Source: an uncultured Desulfobulbaceae bacterium
GTDB lineage: Bacteria; Desulfobacterota; Dissulfuribacteria; Dissulfuribacterales; DYLC01
Assembly (NCBI GenBank): GCA_964427245.1
Contig: CAYRSX010000011.1
Span: forward strand, 18,227-82,226
DNA length: 64,000 bases
Direction: 5' to 3'
Part shown: piece after piece, positions 34,242 through 43,957 of the stretch
Position numbering within the stretch: the first letter of the stretch is position 1
Layout: each line of letters starts with the position of its first letter
Translations under genes and position numbers: made by a program
Notes under the pieces: generated by a model
Database searches by the model: none
Seen by the model: only the letters and a program-made list of their open reading frames with translations
Told to the model about the DNA's origin: nothing

Positions 34242-34569
34242 AAAACCCTCCTCTTTAAGTGTATTTTTAACAAAACCAAAGGGCAGTTTCTGACCTTCGG
34301 CACACTAACCCTTGTAATTCGACTTTTTGGCGCACCTCCTTTGATAACATTATATATTTTAAATAATTGTTTCTATACTCTTTTAACAAAAAAAAACGAA
34401 AAAAGGCAAGATATAAAAGTGATTTTTAAATATCTGCCAATAAAAATCACCATGGGAAAACCGAGACGGACTATTTCACAAAATAAAAAGGGCGAAGTGT
34501 TATTTCGCCATTTCATGCTCCATCTGTTGCCTTTAAAATTTCAAAAAATAATGAAGGATGCGCGGTCAA

Positions 34570-35865
34570 TCAATGTTTAAAAGCCCTCTGGCCTGTAAAG
34601 ACCATGGTAACCGGCGGATTTGCCTCGTTACATGCCTCTATCGCCTCCCAATCCCGCAAAGAACCTCCTGGATGCACCACAGCACTTATACCCTGCCGAA
34701 TCCCCACATCCACGCCGTCCCTAAATGGGAAAAAGGCATCGGATACCATTACTGAATTTGAAAGTCCTGCTCGATCTCTTTTAGTCTGTTCATCTATCTC
34801 GATCTTTTGCTCCAGAGCCCTCTTGTCGCCCTTTTCAGACTTCAGTTCCAGTTCCTTGTAGGGAATACCCAGCCTGTCGTAACAAAGAATGTCGGCATAC
34901 TTGGTATAGGCCTTGTAAACTGCAATCTCAGCCACACCCACGCGATCCTGCTCGCCTGTGCCAATACCCACAGTTACGCCGTCTTTTACGTATATAACGG
35001 AATTGGAGGTGATTCCCTGTTCCACCGCCCAGCCAAAGATGATGTCCTCATACTCCTTTTCTGTGGGCAACCGTTTAATCTTATAGACCTTTCCCTGATA
35101 TTCACACTCCGCAGGCTTGAGGTCGGTCTTTGTACAAATACGATTTATAGGAGACTGCTGAATTATGATGCCGCCGTCTATGAGGCTCTTGAAATCCACA
35201 AATCTCTTATGCCAATACTGAGCCAGCTGCTCGATGCGCCGAATCTCGATGATGCGAAGGTTCTTCTTTTTGTTCAATATCTCCAATGCGCCCGGTTCAA
35301 AACCAGGAGCGCACACCACTTCCAGATATTGAGCGGCCATTGCCTCAGCCAGGGCCTTGTCCACAGGCCTGTTAACAGACACGCAACCTCCAAAGGCAGC
35401 CACTCGATCCGCACGCAAGGCACGAGTAAATGCCTGTTCTATGGTGTCGCCGTATGCCACACCACAGGGATTGTTGTGCTTTACAATGACAGCCGCAGGC
35501 CTTTTCATCAAAAACTTGAGTATATTAAGAGAGTTGTCGATATCAGTGAGATTTATCTTACCTGGATGCTTACCCGACTGAAGCATGGCCTTTTCGTCAA
35601 CTGCGCTTACCAGGCCCAGCCCGGGTTCTATATAGACACAATCCCCAAGTACCAAATTGCCACTTACAAGCTCATAAAGGGCGGCCTCCTGATCAGGATT
35701 TTCACCATACCGCACTCCGCGCTCCTCCAACTGTCCTGTCTTTTCATTGGGAAAGGTCCAGGTACGCTTGCGATAGATCAGAGTTGTATCACCAAATGAT
35801 ATGCGCATCTCGTTTGGAAAATGGTCACCGATGAGAGTCTTGTACATCTGTTTCAGATCAGCCAT
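34570..35865 (-). CDS. purH: PurH-like protein comprising the AICAR transformylase region only
   Basis: RYGENP at residue 52, KHNNPCG, SDAFFPF, HPGGS, FKH end; no N-terminal MGS-like domain. Confidence 0.85.
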   Translation of the reverse strand: MADLKQMYKTLIGDHFPNEMRISFGDTTLIYRKRTWTFPNEKTGQLEERGVRYGENPDQEAALYELVSGNLVLGDCVYIEPGLGLVSAVDEKAMLQSGKHPGKINLTDIDNSLNILKFLMKRPAAVIVKHNNPCGVAYGDTIEQAFTRALRADRVAAFGGCVSVNRPVDKALAEAMAAQYLEVVCAPGFEPGALEILNKKKNLRIIEIRRIEQLAQYWHKRFVDFKSLIDGGIIIQQSPINRICTKTDLKPAECEYQGKVYKIKRLPTEKEYEDIIFGWAVEQGITSNSVIYVKDGVTVGIGTGEQDRVGVAEIAVYKAYTKYADILCYDRLGIPYKELELKSEKGDKRALEQKIEIDEQTKRDRAGLSNSVMVSDAFFPFRDGVDVGIRQGISAVVHPGGSLRDWEAIEACNEANPPVTMVFTGQRAFKH

Positions 35866-35876
35866 AACTCATCCTC

Positions 35877-36617
35877 CTATTTCAACTTCTGTTTGAGCTG
35901 ATTTTCATCCAACACACCGGACTGAAAACGACCGTCCGTAAAGATATAGGTGGGCGTGGCGGTTATGCCCTTCTGCTGCAAAAAGGCTATGCCATCATCG
36001 ATCTTCTTGATACCTTCGGCACACTGATTCTCTGATCGATAACGGGATTTCAGGCCTTCGATGGCTTTTTTATCACAGATGATGGAAATACTCTCCTCCT
36101 TGGCGCCCTTGTGAAACGGAAGCGGCATCAGTATGTATTTCACCTGTACCTCACCTTTTTTGACCATCTCGCTTAAAACCGCCTCGGCCTTCTGACAGTA
36201 AGGGCACTGGGGATCGGTCACCAGATAGACCACCTTACCTTTGTTGCCGTCAGTAAAGGCCACGAACTTGTCCAGTTGCGCTATCTCCATCACACTCAGA
36301 CGATTCAGATTGGAAACGGCCTCCTGAGTGATATTAGTACCATCGGATGCCTTGAGAACCTGACCTGCTATGAGGTATTGGCCAGCGGAATCCGTATAGA
36401 CCATGCGTTTCTGGCCTTTCTGCTCCACTTCCACATCACACAGGCACGACACCGCCCCCTGCGTCACATTCACGACCTTGACATCGTTCTGTTTGAAGGC
36501 TACTTCCACGGCCTTCTGCACCACATCTTTGGAAGGACACTGAGCAAAGGAAAAGGCTGCGGAACAAGACAAAACAAGAGACACCACTATCAAAACCACA
36601 CTTGACTTACGATTCAT
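35877..36617 (-). CDS. dsbC: DsbC-family disulfide isomerase
   Basis: Signal peptide, N-terminal dimerisation region (YTDSAGQYLIAG), TDPQCPYC, ITATPT. Confidence 0.88.
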   Translation of the reverse strand: MNRKSSVVLIVVSLVLSCSAAFSFAQCPSKDVVQKAVEVAFKQNDVKVVNVTQGAVSCLCDVEVEQKGQKRMVYTDSAGQYLIAGQVLKASDGTNITQEAVSNLNRLSVMEIAQLDKFVAFTDGNKGKVVYLVTDPQCPYCQKAEAVLSEMVKKGEVQVKYILMPLPFHKGAKEESISIICDKKAIEGLKSRYRSENQCAEGIKKIDDGIAFLQQKGITATPTYIFTDGRFQSGVLDENQLKQKLK

Positions 36618-36641
36618 AAATCGCTCCTTATGTTTAATTTT

Positions 36642-38357
36642 TTACAGTAACCATGTGGGATTAAGTCTGTTTATCACATTGAGGCCGCCGGTCAAGACCA
36701 ATGTATTCTGAAACCCTTGAGTTTTCAAAAATACCTGAACCTCATAGGCACGAGTTCCAGCGTTACAAACCAAAATCAAGGTCTTGTTTCTTGGAAGCTT
36801 TTCATAACCGTTTCTTACCTCGTTGTAAGGCAGGGCCATCCAGCGGTTTTTATATGTCTCCACATATCTTCCCGATTCACGGACATGCCGCAGGTCCAGC
36901 ACCATCCAGTCTAAATGCTCTCGGTCACCGTTCATCCATGCCACAAAATCCAATGGCGAAACATAGGTCATGCGGCCTGCTATGACATTATCCGCCACAT
37001 TGGCCACTGCGTTCAAAATGTCCACGGCAGTGGAAAAAGATGGGGCATAGGCCAGTTCCAAATTGCTGAAATCGCTCACCACAGCCCTTCTTTCGATAAG
37101 CCCTGCCGCTGCATTGATGCGGGCCATGAGCCCATCCCCCATCTGACCGATACCCTGCAAACCGAGCACGCGCTGCGTACGCCTGTCCACCACCATATTC
37201 AGAAACATAAGTTTTTGAGTGGGGAAAAAGTGTGCCCTGTCCGACTGCACGCAGATGACCTCAAAGGCATCAAAACCCTCTGCCTTCGCCACCTCGAGGC
37301 TGATACCAGTGGCACCCACTGCAAGATCGAAAATTTTCATTACAAAACTGTTGATGCAGCCGTTGAATGTGCTGGGAATGCCAGCAATATTGTCAGCCAC
37401 TACACGGCCTTGACGATTGGCAATGGAACCCATAGGGGCATAGCCTTTTTTGCCGGTGACCAAGCTCAGAAGCTCTACGCAGTCACCTGCCGCGTAGATG
37501 TCCGGGTCAGAGGTCTGCATGCGTTGATTCACTACAATGGCTCCGGTGGCCGAGGTCTGAAGCCCTGCCGCACGCGCCAATTCGCCACGAGGCAACACGC
37601 CTGCGGCTGTTATCACGAGCTGAGCCTTCAACTCACGTTTATTGGTGACGACCTTGGCCACTCGGCCGTTTCCATCCGCTACAAACTCCTTGGCATATTC
37701 GTCAGGCATAATCTGCACCTTATGCTCCTTCATGTGCTCCATGACCATGCGAGCCAATACAGGGCTCACTATACGCGGCAGAATCTGGGGCATAAATTCT
37801 ATGACAGTGGTCTCAATGCCCCATAGATCTGCAAGCCCCTCGGCCATTTCAAGACCAATGGCGCCACCTCCAACAATAACCGCATGAGAGACCTCGCCTT
37901 TTTCTATGGAACGCTTTATCTCGATGGCCTTGTGCAGACTGGCCACAGAAAAAACCCCTTTCAGATCGCTTCCAGGAATGGACAATGCACGAGGCTGACT
38001 CCCGGTTGCAAGCACCAGCTTGTCGTAGGAGAGAGTATATCTCTCACCGAGCTTGAGGTTCTCCACCTCTATGGTCTTAGTCTTTCTGTCGATGGAGAGA
38101 CAGCGAGTGGATGTGATAGTCTTCACTCCCTTGGCGTTTTCAAAATACCCTTCATCCCTTACCAGATGATAACTGGTGGAACGCAATTCCTTTTCATCGC
38201 CTACATCACCCGACACGAAATATGGAATGCCGCAACCGCCGTAAGAGATGAGATCATCCTGATCCAATAAAATTACCTCAGCATCAGGAAGCAGTCTTTT
38301 GACACGACAGGCGGTCTTGGGCCCTGCCGCAACCGCACCAACTATAACTACTTTCAT
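36642..38357 (-). CDS. CoA-disulfide/persulfide reductase family flavoprotein with C-terminal rhodanese
   Basis: GAVAAG, SYGGCGIPY redox Cys, GGGAIGLE, TSDPDIYAAGD, LAYAPSFS, rhodanese CNAGTR. Confidence 0.9.
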   Translation of the reverse strand: MKVVIVGAVAAGPKTACRVKRLLPDAEVILLDQDDLISYGGCGIPYFVSGDVGDEKELRSTSYHLVRDEGYFENAKGVKTITSTRCLSIDRKTKTIEVENLKLGERYTLSYDKLVLATGSQPRALSIPGSDLKGVFSVASLHKAIEIKRSIEKGEVSHAVIVGGGAIGLEMAEGLADLWGIETTVIEFMPQILPRIVSPVLARMVMEHMKEHKVQIMPDEYAKEFVADGNGRVAKVVTNKRELKAQLVITAAGVLPRGELARAAGLQTSATGAIVVNQRMQTSDPDIYAAGDCVELLSLVTGKKGYAPMGSIANRQGRVVADNIAGIPSTFNGCINSFVMKIFDLAVGATGISLEVAKAEGFDAFEVICVQSDRAHFFPTQKLMFLNMVVDRRTQRVLGLQGIGQMGDGLMARINAAAGLIERRAVVSDFSNLELAYAPSFSTAVDILNAVANVADNVIAGRMTYVSPLDFVAWMNGDREHLDWMVLDLRHVRESGRYVETYKNRWMALPYNEVRNGYEKLPRNKTLILVCNAGTRAYEVQVFLKTQGFQNTLVLTGGLNVINRLNPTWLL

Positions 38358-38439
38358 GTGACCTCCTTATCTTTGAGAAAAATTAGAAAAATATGCCTCA
38401 AAATAAACTCATTTGCCGGCTATTGCCACAAAAAAAACA

Positions 38440-41400
38440 TCAAAGCTCCTTTACCATATGCACAGTATTCAAGACAGCCTGCAAATCCTTGCCCTGCCAC
38501 GGAACCATCAAACGGCCATCCGGCAGCAGACGCCAATCCTTGTGCCTTGGCAAGGCTGCGAGCAGACCTTTCAGATTTACAGGGCCTTCAGGGCCGTATG
38601 TAAAGACCAGCATATCCTGTTCCTTCACTTTGCTTCTATCCAGACGAATGCAATTTATGGCCGCAAGTACTCGCTTGACAGCCATAATCTGCAGCAGAGA
38701 AGCCAATTCCTGTGAGTATTCACCAAAACGATCCGTCAATTCCTGCTCAAACTCGCAAACCTCCTCTTCACTCTCTATGCGACTGAGTCTGCGGTACAAT
38801 CTGAGCCTCTCTTCGATATCAGGACAATATTCTTCAGGAATAAAGGCTGAGACGCCCAGATTAACCTCGGGATCCATAATCTTTTTGACAGGCAGCCCCT
38901 TGCTCTCCTGCACAGCCTCTTCCAGTATATTCAGATATAATTCATACCCCACATCGGCGATCTGGCCGGATTGAGACACTCCGAGGATATTGCCTGCACC
39001 CCGCATCTGCATATCCTCCATGGCCAGAGTGAAACCACCCCCTGAAGAAATAGCGTCCATCACCGCCTTGATGCGCTTTAACGCACCCTTTTCTGCATGT
39101 GCACCCGGCGGCACGAAAAAATATGCATAGGCCTGCTCAGTGGAACGGCCCACTCGGCCTCTAAGCTGGTAAAGCTCGGCCACTCCAAGCAGATCCGCCC
39201 TGTCTATAAGAATGGTATTGGCAGCAGGTATATCGATACCTGATTCTATAATAGCAGTGCAGACAAGACAGTCTATCTCTCCGCGCACAAACCGAATCAT
39301 GACATCTTCCAAATTGAATGCCTCCATTTGCCCATGGGCAACCTCCACCCTTATACCAGGCACAAGACCTCTGACATATTCCGCCAACCGCTCTATACCT
39401 TGTATGCGGTTTCGAACAAAAAATATCTGTCCATTGCGTTCCAGTTCCCTTTTGATAGCCTGGGATATGATGGTATCGTCAAATTCGGCCACAAAGGTCT
39501 TGACAGGAAGACGGTCCTGAGGCGGAGTCTTGATTATGGACAGGTCCCGCAACCCCAGCAATGAAAGCTGCAGAGTGCGTGGAATAGGCGTGGCGGTCAG
39601 AGTCAGACAATCTATATTCTGTTTGAGTTTTTTAAGTTTTTCCTTGTGTTTGACGCCAAAACGATGCTCTTCGTCCACTACCAGCAGCCCCAATGACTTA
39701 AACTGCACGTCATTTTGCAGCAATCTGTGCGTTCCGATGACTATGTCGATCTGACCTCCGGCCAGACCAGCCAAGGCCTCTTTCATGTATTTCGAAGACT
39801 TGAGCCGATTGAGGGCGGCTATGCGCACAGGAAATTTCTCAAATCTGGCCTTGAAGCTGCGTTCGTGCTGTTCCGCCAGCAGAGTTGTAGGTACGAGCAC
39901 CGCCACCTGTTTGCCGTCTGTAACAGCCTTGAAGGCGGCACGCATCACCACCTCGGTCTTACCGTAACCAACATCCCCGCAGATCAGCCTGTCCATGGGC
40001 CTAAGTCTTTGCATGTCTTTGAGCACATCCTCTATGGCGCCGGCCTGGTCCGGAGTCTCGTCATAGGGAAAGGCTGCCTCGAACTGTCTGTACATGACAT
40101 CCGGCTTCGAAAAGGCAATACCCTCCTGCACCTGCCGCTTTGCATAAAGCTCCACCAGCTCATGGGCCACCTCGTAAACGGCCTTTTTGATCCTTTTACG
40201 CGTGAACTGCCATGCCGCCCCTCCCAGTTTGTCCAAAACAGGCTGTCTGCCCTCAACCCCCACATATCTCTGCACAAGCCCCAGGCGGTCCACCGGCAAA
40301 TAAAGCCTATCGCCGCCCCTATATTCAATATACAGGAACTCGCCTCGAACACCCTGAATCTCCATTTTAACCAGCCCCTTATAGAGACCCACGCCATAAT
40401 CCCGGTGCACTATCAGGCTTTCCGGTGTGAGATCAAGGGAGATGACATCGGCCAGTTTCGTTCTTTTAACACTCTTTCGTGCCAGCTTTCTGCCTTTTGC
40501 CGAAGACAGGCCTCCGAAGAGCTCATCCTCGGAAATGACGATCAAGTCAGCAGCCGACAGATAAAATCTTCTGGAAGGGCTGCCTACAAAAAAGGATATG
40601 GCGCCCACCGGAGGTTCCTGATTCAAGACATCCTCTTTTGAATAAAGCGGGATTTGTGCTGATTCCGGTTCCTGACTCGCATAATGGGCAAGAAGGGACA
40701 TAAGTCTGTCACGATGACGGCTAGAACGTGCAAAGACAGCCACTCGCTTTTTATCACGAGCCCATTCAGCCAGGGTATTCCAAACCGGCAGCAAAAGATC
40801 CTCTCCTGCATGATGGGGAATGATAATAGGCAAATCCGGAGTAATTGTCTGAAATTCGACGGTATGCGCCGATGAATTCACAGGCGCGATATCAGCCTTA
40901 CTGCCTTGCTGAATATTCACCTCACACTGCGTCTCAAGCCCAATGGCAGAAAAACTCAATCTTGCACAGGTACTTATACGCTCGAGCACAACATTCGGCG
41001 GCAAAATCAGATGTGATAATTCCGACAAGACATGATGAACGGCGCGAGCGGACTCATAGGCATATTTTGCAGTATTCCAGAGGGCATATAGACTATCTAT
41101 AACCTCCTCATAACCGTCCATCAGAAACAGGGTGTTTTCAGGTAGATAATTCAGAAGCGTGCTGTTGCCTTCATAAATGACCGGCAGCAAGGCTTGTGCC
41201 CCCTCCCAAAACCGGCGTGCATTCAGAAGTTCCAGCCACTCGGTCAACTGCTTGGCAGGCCAATCCATAATACGGGCCTGTTGAATCATGGTCTCCTGAG
41301 CCTTTTTTATCAGTTCTTCCTCGAACAAGAGCTCCGAGCAAGGAAGGATAGTCAACTCCGTCAGGACGTCAGTGGACTTCTGTGTCTCTGGATCAAAATA

Positions 41401-41979
41401 ACGCATCTCTTCCACAAAATCACCAAAGAAATCCAAACGCACTGGGGCAGTGCTGTTACACGGATAAACATCCAAAATACCACCGCGCACACTAAATTGG
41501 CCCACAGACTGCACAACTGCGACGGCTTCATATCCCACCTTCAGCAACCAGGATACCAGTGCATTTCGGTCCGTTTCCTCGCCTGCCAGCAGATATTCCA
41601 CGTTCCTGCTCAAAACGGTTTTAGGCAATGTGGGCTCACAGACGGCCTGCACCGGTGCCACCAGCAGAAACGGATCAGGGCTTACGGTCAGACGATACAA
41701 TACAGAGATGCGCTGTGCGACCGTTTCAGAAGCTGGAACAATGGGCACAAACGGCAGGTTTTCATGGGAAGGGAATAACAAAACTGGCTGTTCTGTAAAA
41801 CAGGCAAGGTCCGTGCAAACCCTTTCAGCCTCCTTTGAAGAAGCAGTCAGCCACACCAATGGCCTGCCGATATTCTGAAAGATACGGGCTGCACACCAAG
41901 CCGCAGCGGCCTTTTCAATACCTGTGACAGAGACCTTGACAGCTCCATGAGTCCGCAACAGGTCCACTAAAGAATTCAA
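38440..41979 (-). CDS. mfd: Transcription-repair coupling factor
   Basis: RGGILDVYP, CarD-like RID, GDVGYGKTEV, DEEHRFGV, TATPIPRTL, QLRGRVGR, TRCF domain; start uncertain (track ATG 42018 lies in a repeat). Confidence 0.96.
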   Translation of the reverse strand: MNSLVDLLRTHGAVKVSVTGIEKAAAAWCAARIFQNIGRPLVWLTASSKEAERVCTDLACFTEQPVLLFPSHENLPFVPIVPASETVAQRISVLYRLTVSPDPFLLVAPVQAVCEPTLPKTVLSRNVEYLLAGEETDRNALVSWLLKVGYEAVAVVQSVGQFSVRGGILDVYPCNSTAPVRLDFFGDFVEEMRYFDPETQKSTDVLTELTILPCSELLFEEELIKKAQETMIQQARIMDWPAKQLTEWLELLNARRFWEGAQALLPVIYEGNSTLLNYLPENTLFLMDGYEEVIDSLYALWNTAKYAYESARAVHHVLSELSHLILPPNVVLERISTCARLSFSAIGLETQCEVNIQQGSKADIAPVNSSAHTVEFQTITPDLPIIIPHHAGEDLLLPVWNTLAEWARDKKRVAVFARSSRHRDRLMSLLAHYASQEPESAQIPLYSKEDVLNQEPPVGAISFFVGSPSRRFYLSAADLIVISEDELFGGLSSAKGRKLARKSVKRTKLADVISLDLTPESLIVHRDYGVGLYKGLVKMEIQGVRGEFLYIEYRGGDRLYLPVDRLGLVQRYVGVEGRQPVLDKLGGAAWQFTRKRIKKAVYEVAHELVELYAKRQVQEGIAFSKPDVMYRQFEAAFPYDETPDQAGAIEDVLKDMQRLRPMDRLICGDVGYGKTEVVMRAAFKAVTDGKQVAVLVPTTLLAEQHERSFKARFEKFPVRIAALNRLKSSKYMKEALAGLAGGQIDIVIGTHRLLQNDVQFKSLGLLVVDEEHRFGVKHKEKLKKLKQNIDCLTLTATPIPRTLQLSLLGLRDLSIIKTPPQDRLPVKTFVAEFDDTIISQAIKRELERNGQIFFVRNRIQGIERLAEYVRGLVPGIRVEVAHGQMEAFNLEDVMIRFVRGEIDCLVCTAIIESGIDIPAANTILIDRADLLGVAELYQLRGRVGRSTEQAYAYFFVPPGAHAEKGALKRIKAVMDAISSGGGFTLAMEDMQMRGAGNILGVSQSGQIADVGYELYLNILEEAVQESKGLPVKKIMDPEVNLGVSAFIPEEYCPDIEERLRLYRRLSRIESEEEVCEFEQELTDRFGEYSQELASLLQIMAVKRVLAAINCIRLDRSKVKEQDMLVFTYGPEGPVNLKGLLAALPRHKDWRLLPDGRLMVPWQGKDLQAVLNTVHMVKEL

Positions 41980-42000
41980 CACACCCTTCACCTTTACATA

Positions 42001-42175
42001 AAAGCGCCTGCCTGTCATTTCGAATGAAGCGCAGCGACTGAGAAATCTTAAGATTCCTCGCTTCGCTCGGAATGACAGCGCTTCTCAATGGCACTTTTTC
42101 TTTCGGCCCTCACCCCGGCCCTCTCCCAGTGGGAGAGGGCCGGGGTGAGGGTAACCCTTGCTCAGAATGACAGCG
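42001..42175. repeat. Composite palindromic repeat, copy 2
   Basis: Head-to-head A-unit pair (42013-42078), linker, perfect 21-bp stem hairpin (42107-42151), partial A-unit. Confidence 0.9.
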
Positions 42176-42194
42176 TATTACGCAGATAAACAAA

Positions 42195-42273
42195 TCTACC
42201 CTACAATTTTATTTACTTATTTTTGACATTATAGCCGTTCACCAATTGAGCAGACACGCGAGTCTAACCCTAC
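42195..42273. repeat. Two GTAG-type REP half-sites
   Basis: tctaccctac (42195-42204) and tctaaccctac (42263-42273), i.e. GTAGGG(T)TAGA on the minus strand. Confidence 0.4.
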
Positions 42274-42277
42274 ATTG

Positions 42278-42928
42278 TTACGGCCTTAACACAGCTGACC
42301 ATACACCGGATTCATTTTGCAACTCTATCCAGCCACCACTACCGAACATCCCCGGGTTCAGAATGACGGTCCTACCGATTCGATCCACTGATCTGGCCTC
42401 ATGGATATGACCAGTCAGACAGAAATCAGGCTGCACACGTTCGATAAACTCACGCACCGCCTTGCTGCCTACATGCATGCCGTTTGGAATAAGATCTGCC
42501 GCTGTATTATAAGGCGGGGCGTGGGGCACCATGATCTGAATGGAGGCATGGGCAACAGACGTATGCCCTTGGCTTAACAACCGGCCTATTTCCTCCTCTG
42601 AAAACTCCGTAGGTGTATTAAAAGGCGTGGGGTTGGAACCTCCTACTCCAAACACACCGATATCATTCAACAAAAAACCTCTTCCGTGCAGGTTGATGCC
42701 CAATTCATTTAGGTATGCCATGACAGAGGCATCATCCAGATTGCCTGGCTGGGCATATATATTGGAATTTATACTACGAATAGCGGAGATCACTTGATGT
42801 GCTGCCTCTCGATTTCCAAAATTGGTCAAATCCCCTGTCACGATTACCAGATCTGCACTTGCAAACCCTGAAACAGCCTGCAATGCACCATATTCCATAT
42901 GAATATCGCCAAAAGCTATGATTCTCAT
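42278..42928 (-). CDS. Calcineurin-like metallophosphoesterase
   Basis: GDIH, GDLT, PGNLD, VPHAPP, GHIHE, LNPG. Confidence 0.92.
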   Translation of the reverse strand: MRIIAFGDIHMEYGALQAVSGFASADLVIVTGDLTNFGNREAAHQVISAIRSINSNIYAQPGNLDDASVMAYLNELGINLHGRGFLLNDIGVFGVGGSNPTPFNTPTEFSEEEIGRLLSQGHTSVAHASIQIMVPHAPPYNTAADLIPNGMHVGSKAVREFIERVQPDFCLTGHIHEARSVDRIGRTVILNPGMFGSGGWIELQNESGVWSAVLRP

Positions 42929-42959
42929 ACTCACCTCCTGTTTTTCACTACAGGGCGGC

Positions 42960-43352
42960 TCATGATGCCCTGTTCAACTGAATCATCAAGGGAATGCTAT
43001 TTACCTTAGGTGCATGAGGCGTGGTCCGGCCAAGTGTCCAATTCTCCACAACCCAGTCATTCTTCAGCCTCTGTCCTATTTTAGCAACCATCCCCTGAAC
43101 ATCTATGATGGGATGACGCTCCATAACCTGCGGCAGGCCATAGGTCAGACTGCATGCCATACACTTGCCTGGCCGCTCCGTCAACCTATACTCCAGTATC
43201 AATCTGCCTTTTTCCGGTTCAAACGAGATAAACGATAGGGAGATATCAAATGCCCCCTCCTCTGCGCCGCCGTAAAGGGCATCGAAAAACTGGTCATCCC
43301 TACCCCTTGGGAAAAGTTCCTGCAAAAATTCATCCGTAAAAAGCTCTTTCAT
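42960..43352 (-). CDS. Hypothetical protein with CxxC (CMAC)
   Basis: 130 aa; FFDALYG..EEGAFDI, RPGKCMACSLTYGLPQV..RHP. Confidence 0.8.
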   Translation of the reverse strand: MKELFTDEFLQELFPRGRDDQFFDALYGGAEEGAFDISLSFISFEPEKGRLILEYRLTERPGKCMACSLTYGLPQVMERHPIIDVQGMVAKIGQRLKNDWVVENWTLGRTTPHAPKVNSIPLMIQLNRAS

Positions 43353-43383
43353 GACTTATCCTCTCGATGGCACTTTTTATGCT

Positions 43384-43413
43384 TTGACAAAATAGAATAT
43401 TCGTGTTTTTAAT
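43384..43413 (+). promoter_or_regulatory. Candidate sigma70 promoter
   Basis: TTGACA-18 nt-TTTAAT upstream of ORF 43556. Confidence 0.35.
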
Positions 43414-43555
43414 CGAAAAGGCTGTAACTGGTCAACCCCCAAACAAATAAAGGCGAAACCCTCGAAAAAATAACATCGTATTTCATATGACAACCGCCCA
43501 TAAAATACAAAAATGTCGAACAAGAAAGAAGAATGTCAAACACAGGCGACTTGGC

Positions 43556-43945
43556 ATGAAATTCATATCTGTGATCATGCTTGCAGTGGGGTTCTTCTTG
43601 AACTCCACAATCGGTTCCTTTGCAAATGAACAGCTGCAAGGGCCAAAAGACGCCGGATTGAAACAGCTTCCACCAGCAAATACCCTTACAAAACCTACTG
43701 AAAAGGCATCGGAATCAAACAATGAAAAGGCGCCCGTCAAAGGGTCTGAAGACACCTCCTGGCAAAGCATAAAAATAGACAAATCAGCTGAAAATGATAC
43801 ATCAGCAAACAGCAGCTGCCCCTGCGACACTACTGGAGTGCGTTCAAGGCTGATGCGTATGGGGGGAGAGACATCAGAAAACGGCGGCTCAAGCTATGGT
43901 GGCAGGGGAATGGGAGGTGGATGTATGGGCAGAGGAAGACGCTGA
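43556..43945 (+). CDS. Hypothetical exported low-complexity protein with Gly/Met/Arg tail
   Basis: Signal-like MKFISVIMLAVGFFLNSTIGSFA; C-terminal GGRGMGGGCMGRGRR. Confidence 0.6.
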   Translation: MKFISVIMLAVGFFLNSTIGSFANEQLQGPKDAGLKQLPPANTLTKPTEKASESNNEKAPVKGSEDTSWQSIKIDKSAENDTSANSSCPCDTTGVRSRLMRMGGETSENGGSSYGGRGMGGGCMGRGRR

Positions 43946-43957
43946 TCCTACCTTATG

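Noticed and set aside
31629-34428. 12-bp direct repeat aagtgattttta flanking the surface-protein pair as att sites or a target duplication
   Set aside because: It is short and AT-rich, so expected by chance in 64 kb; no integrase is nearby and one copy overlaps the csp promoter.
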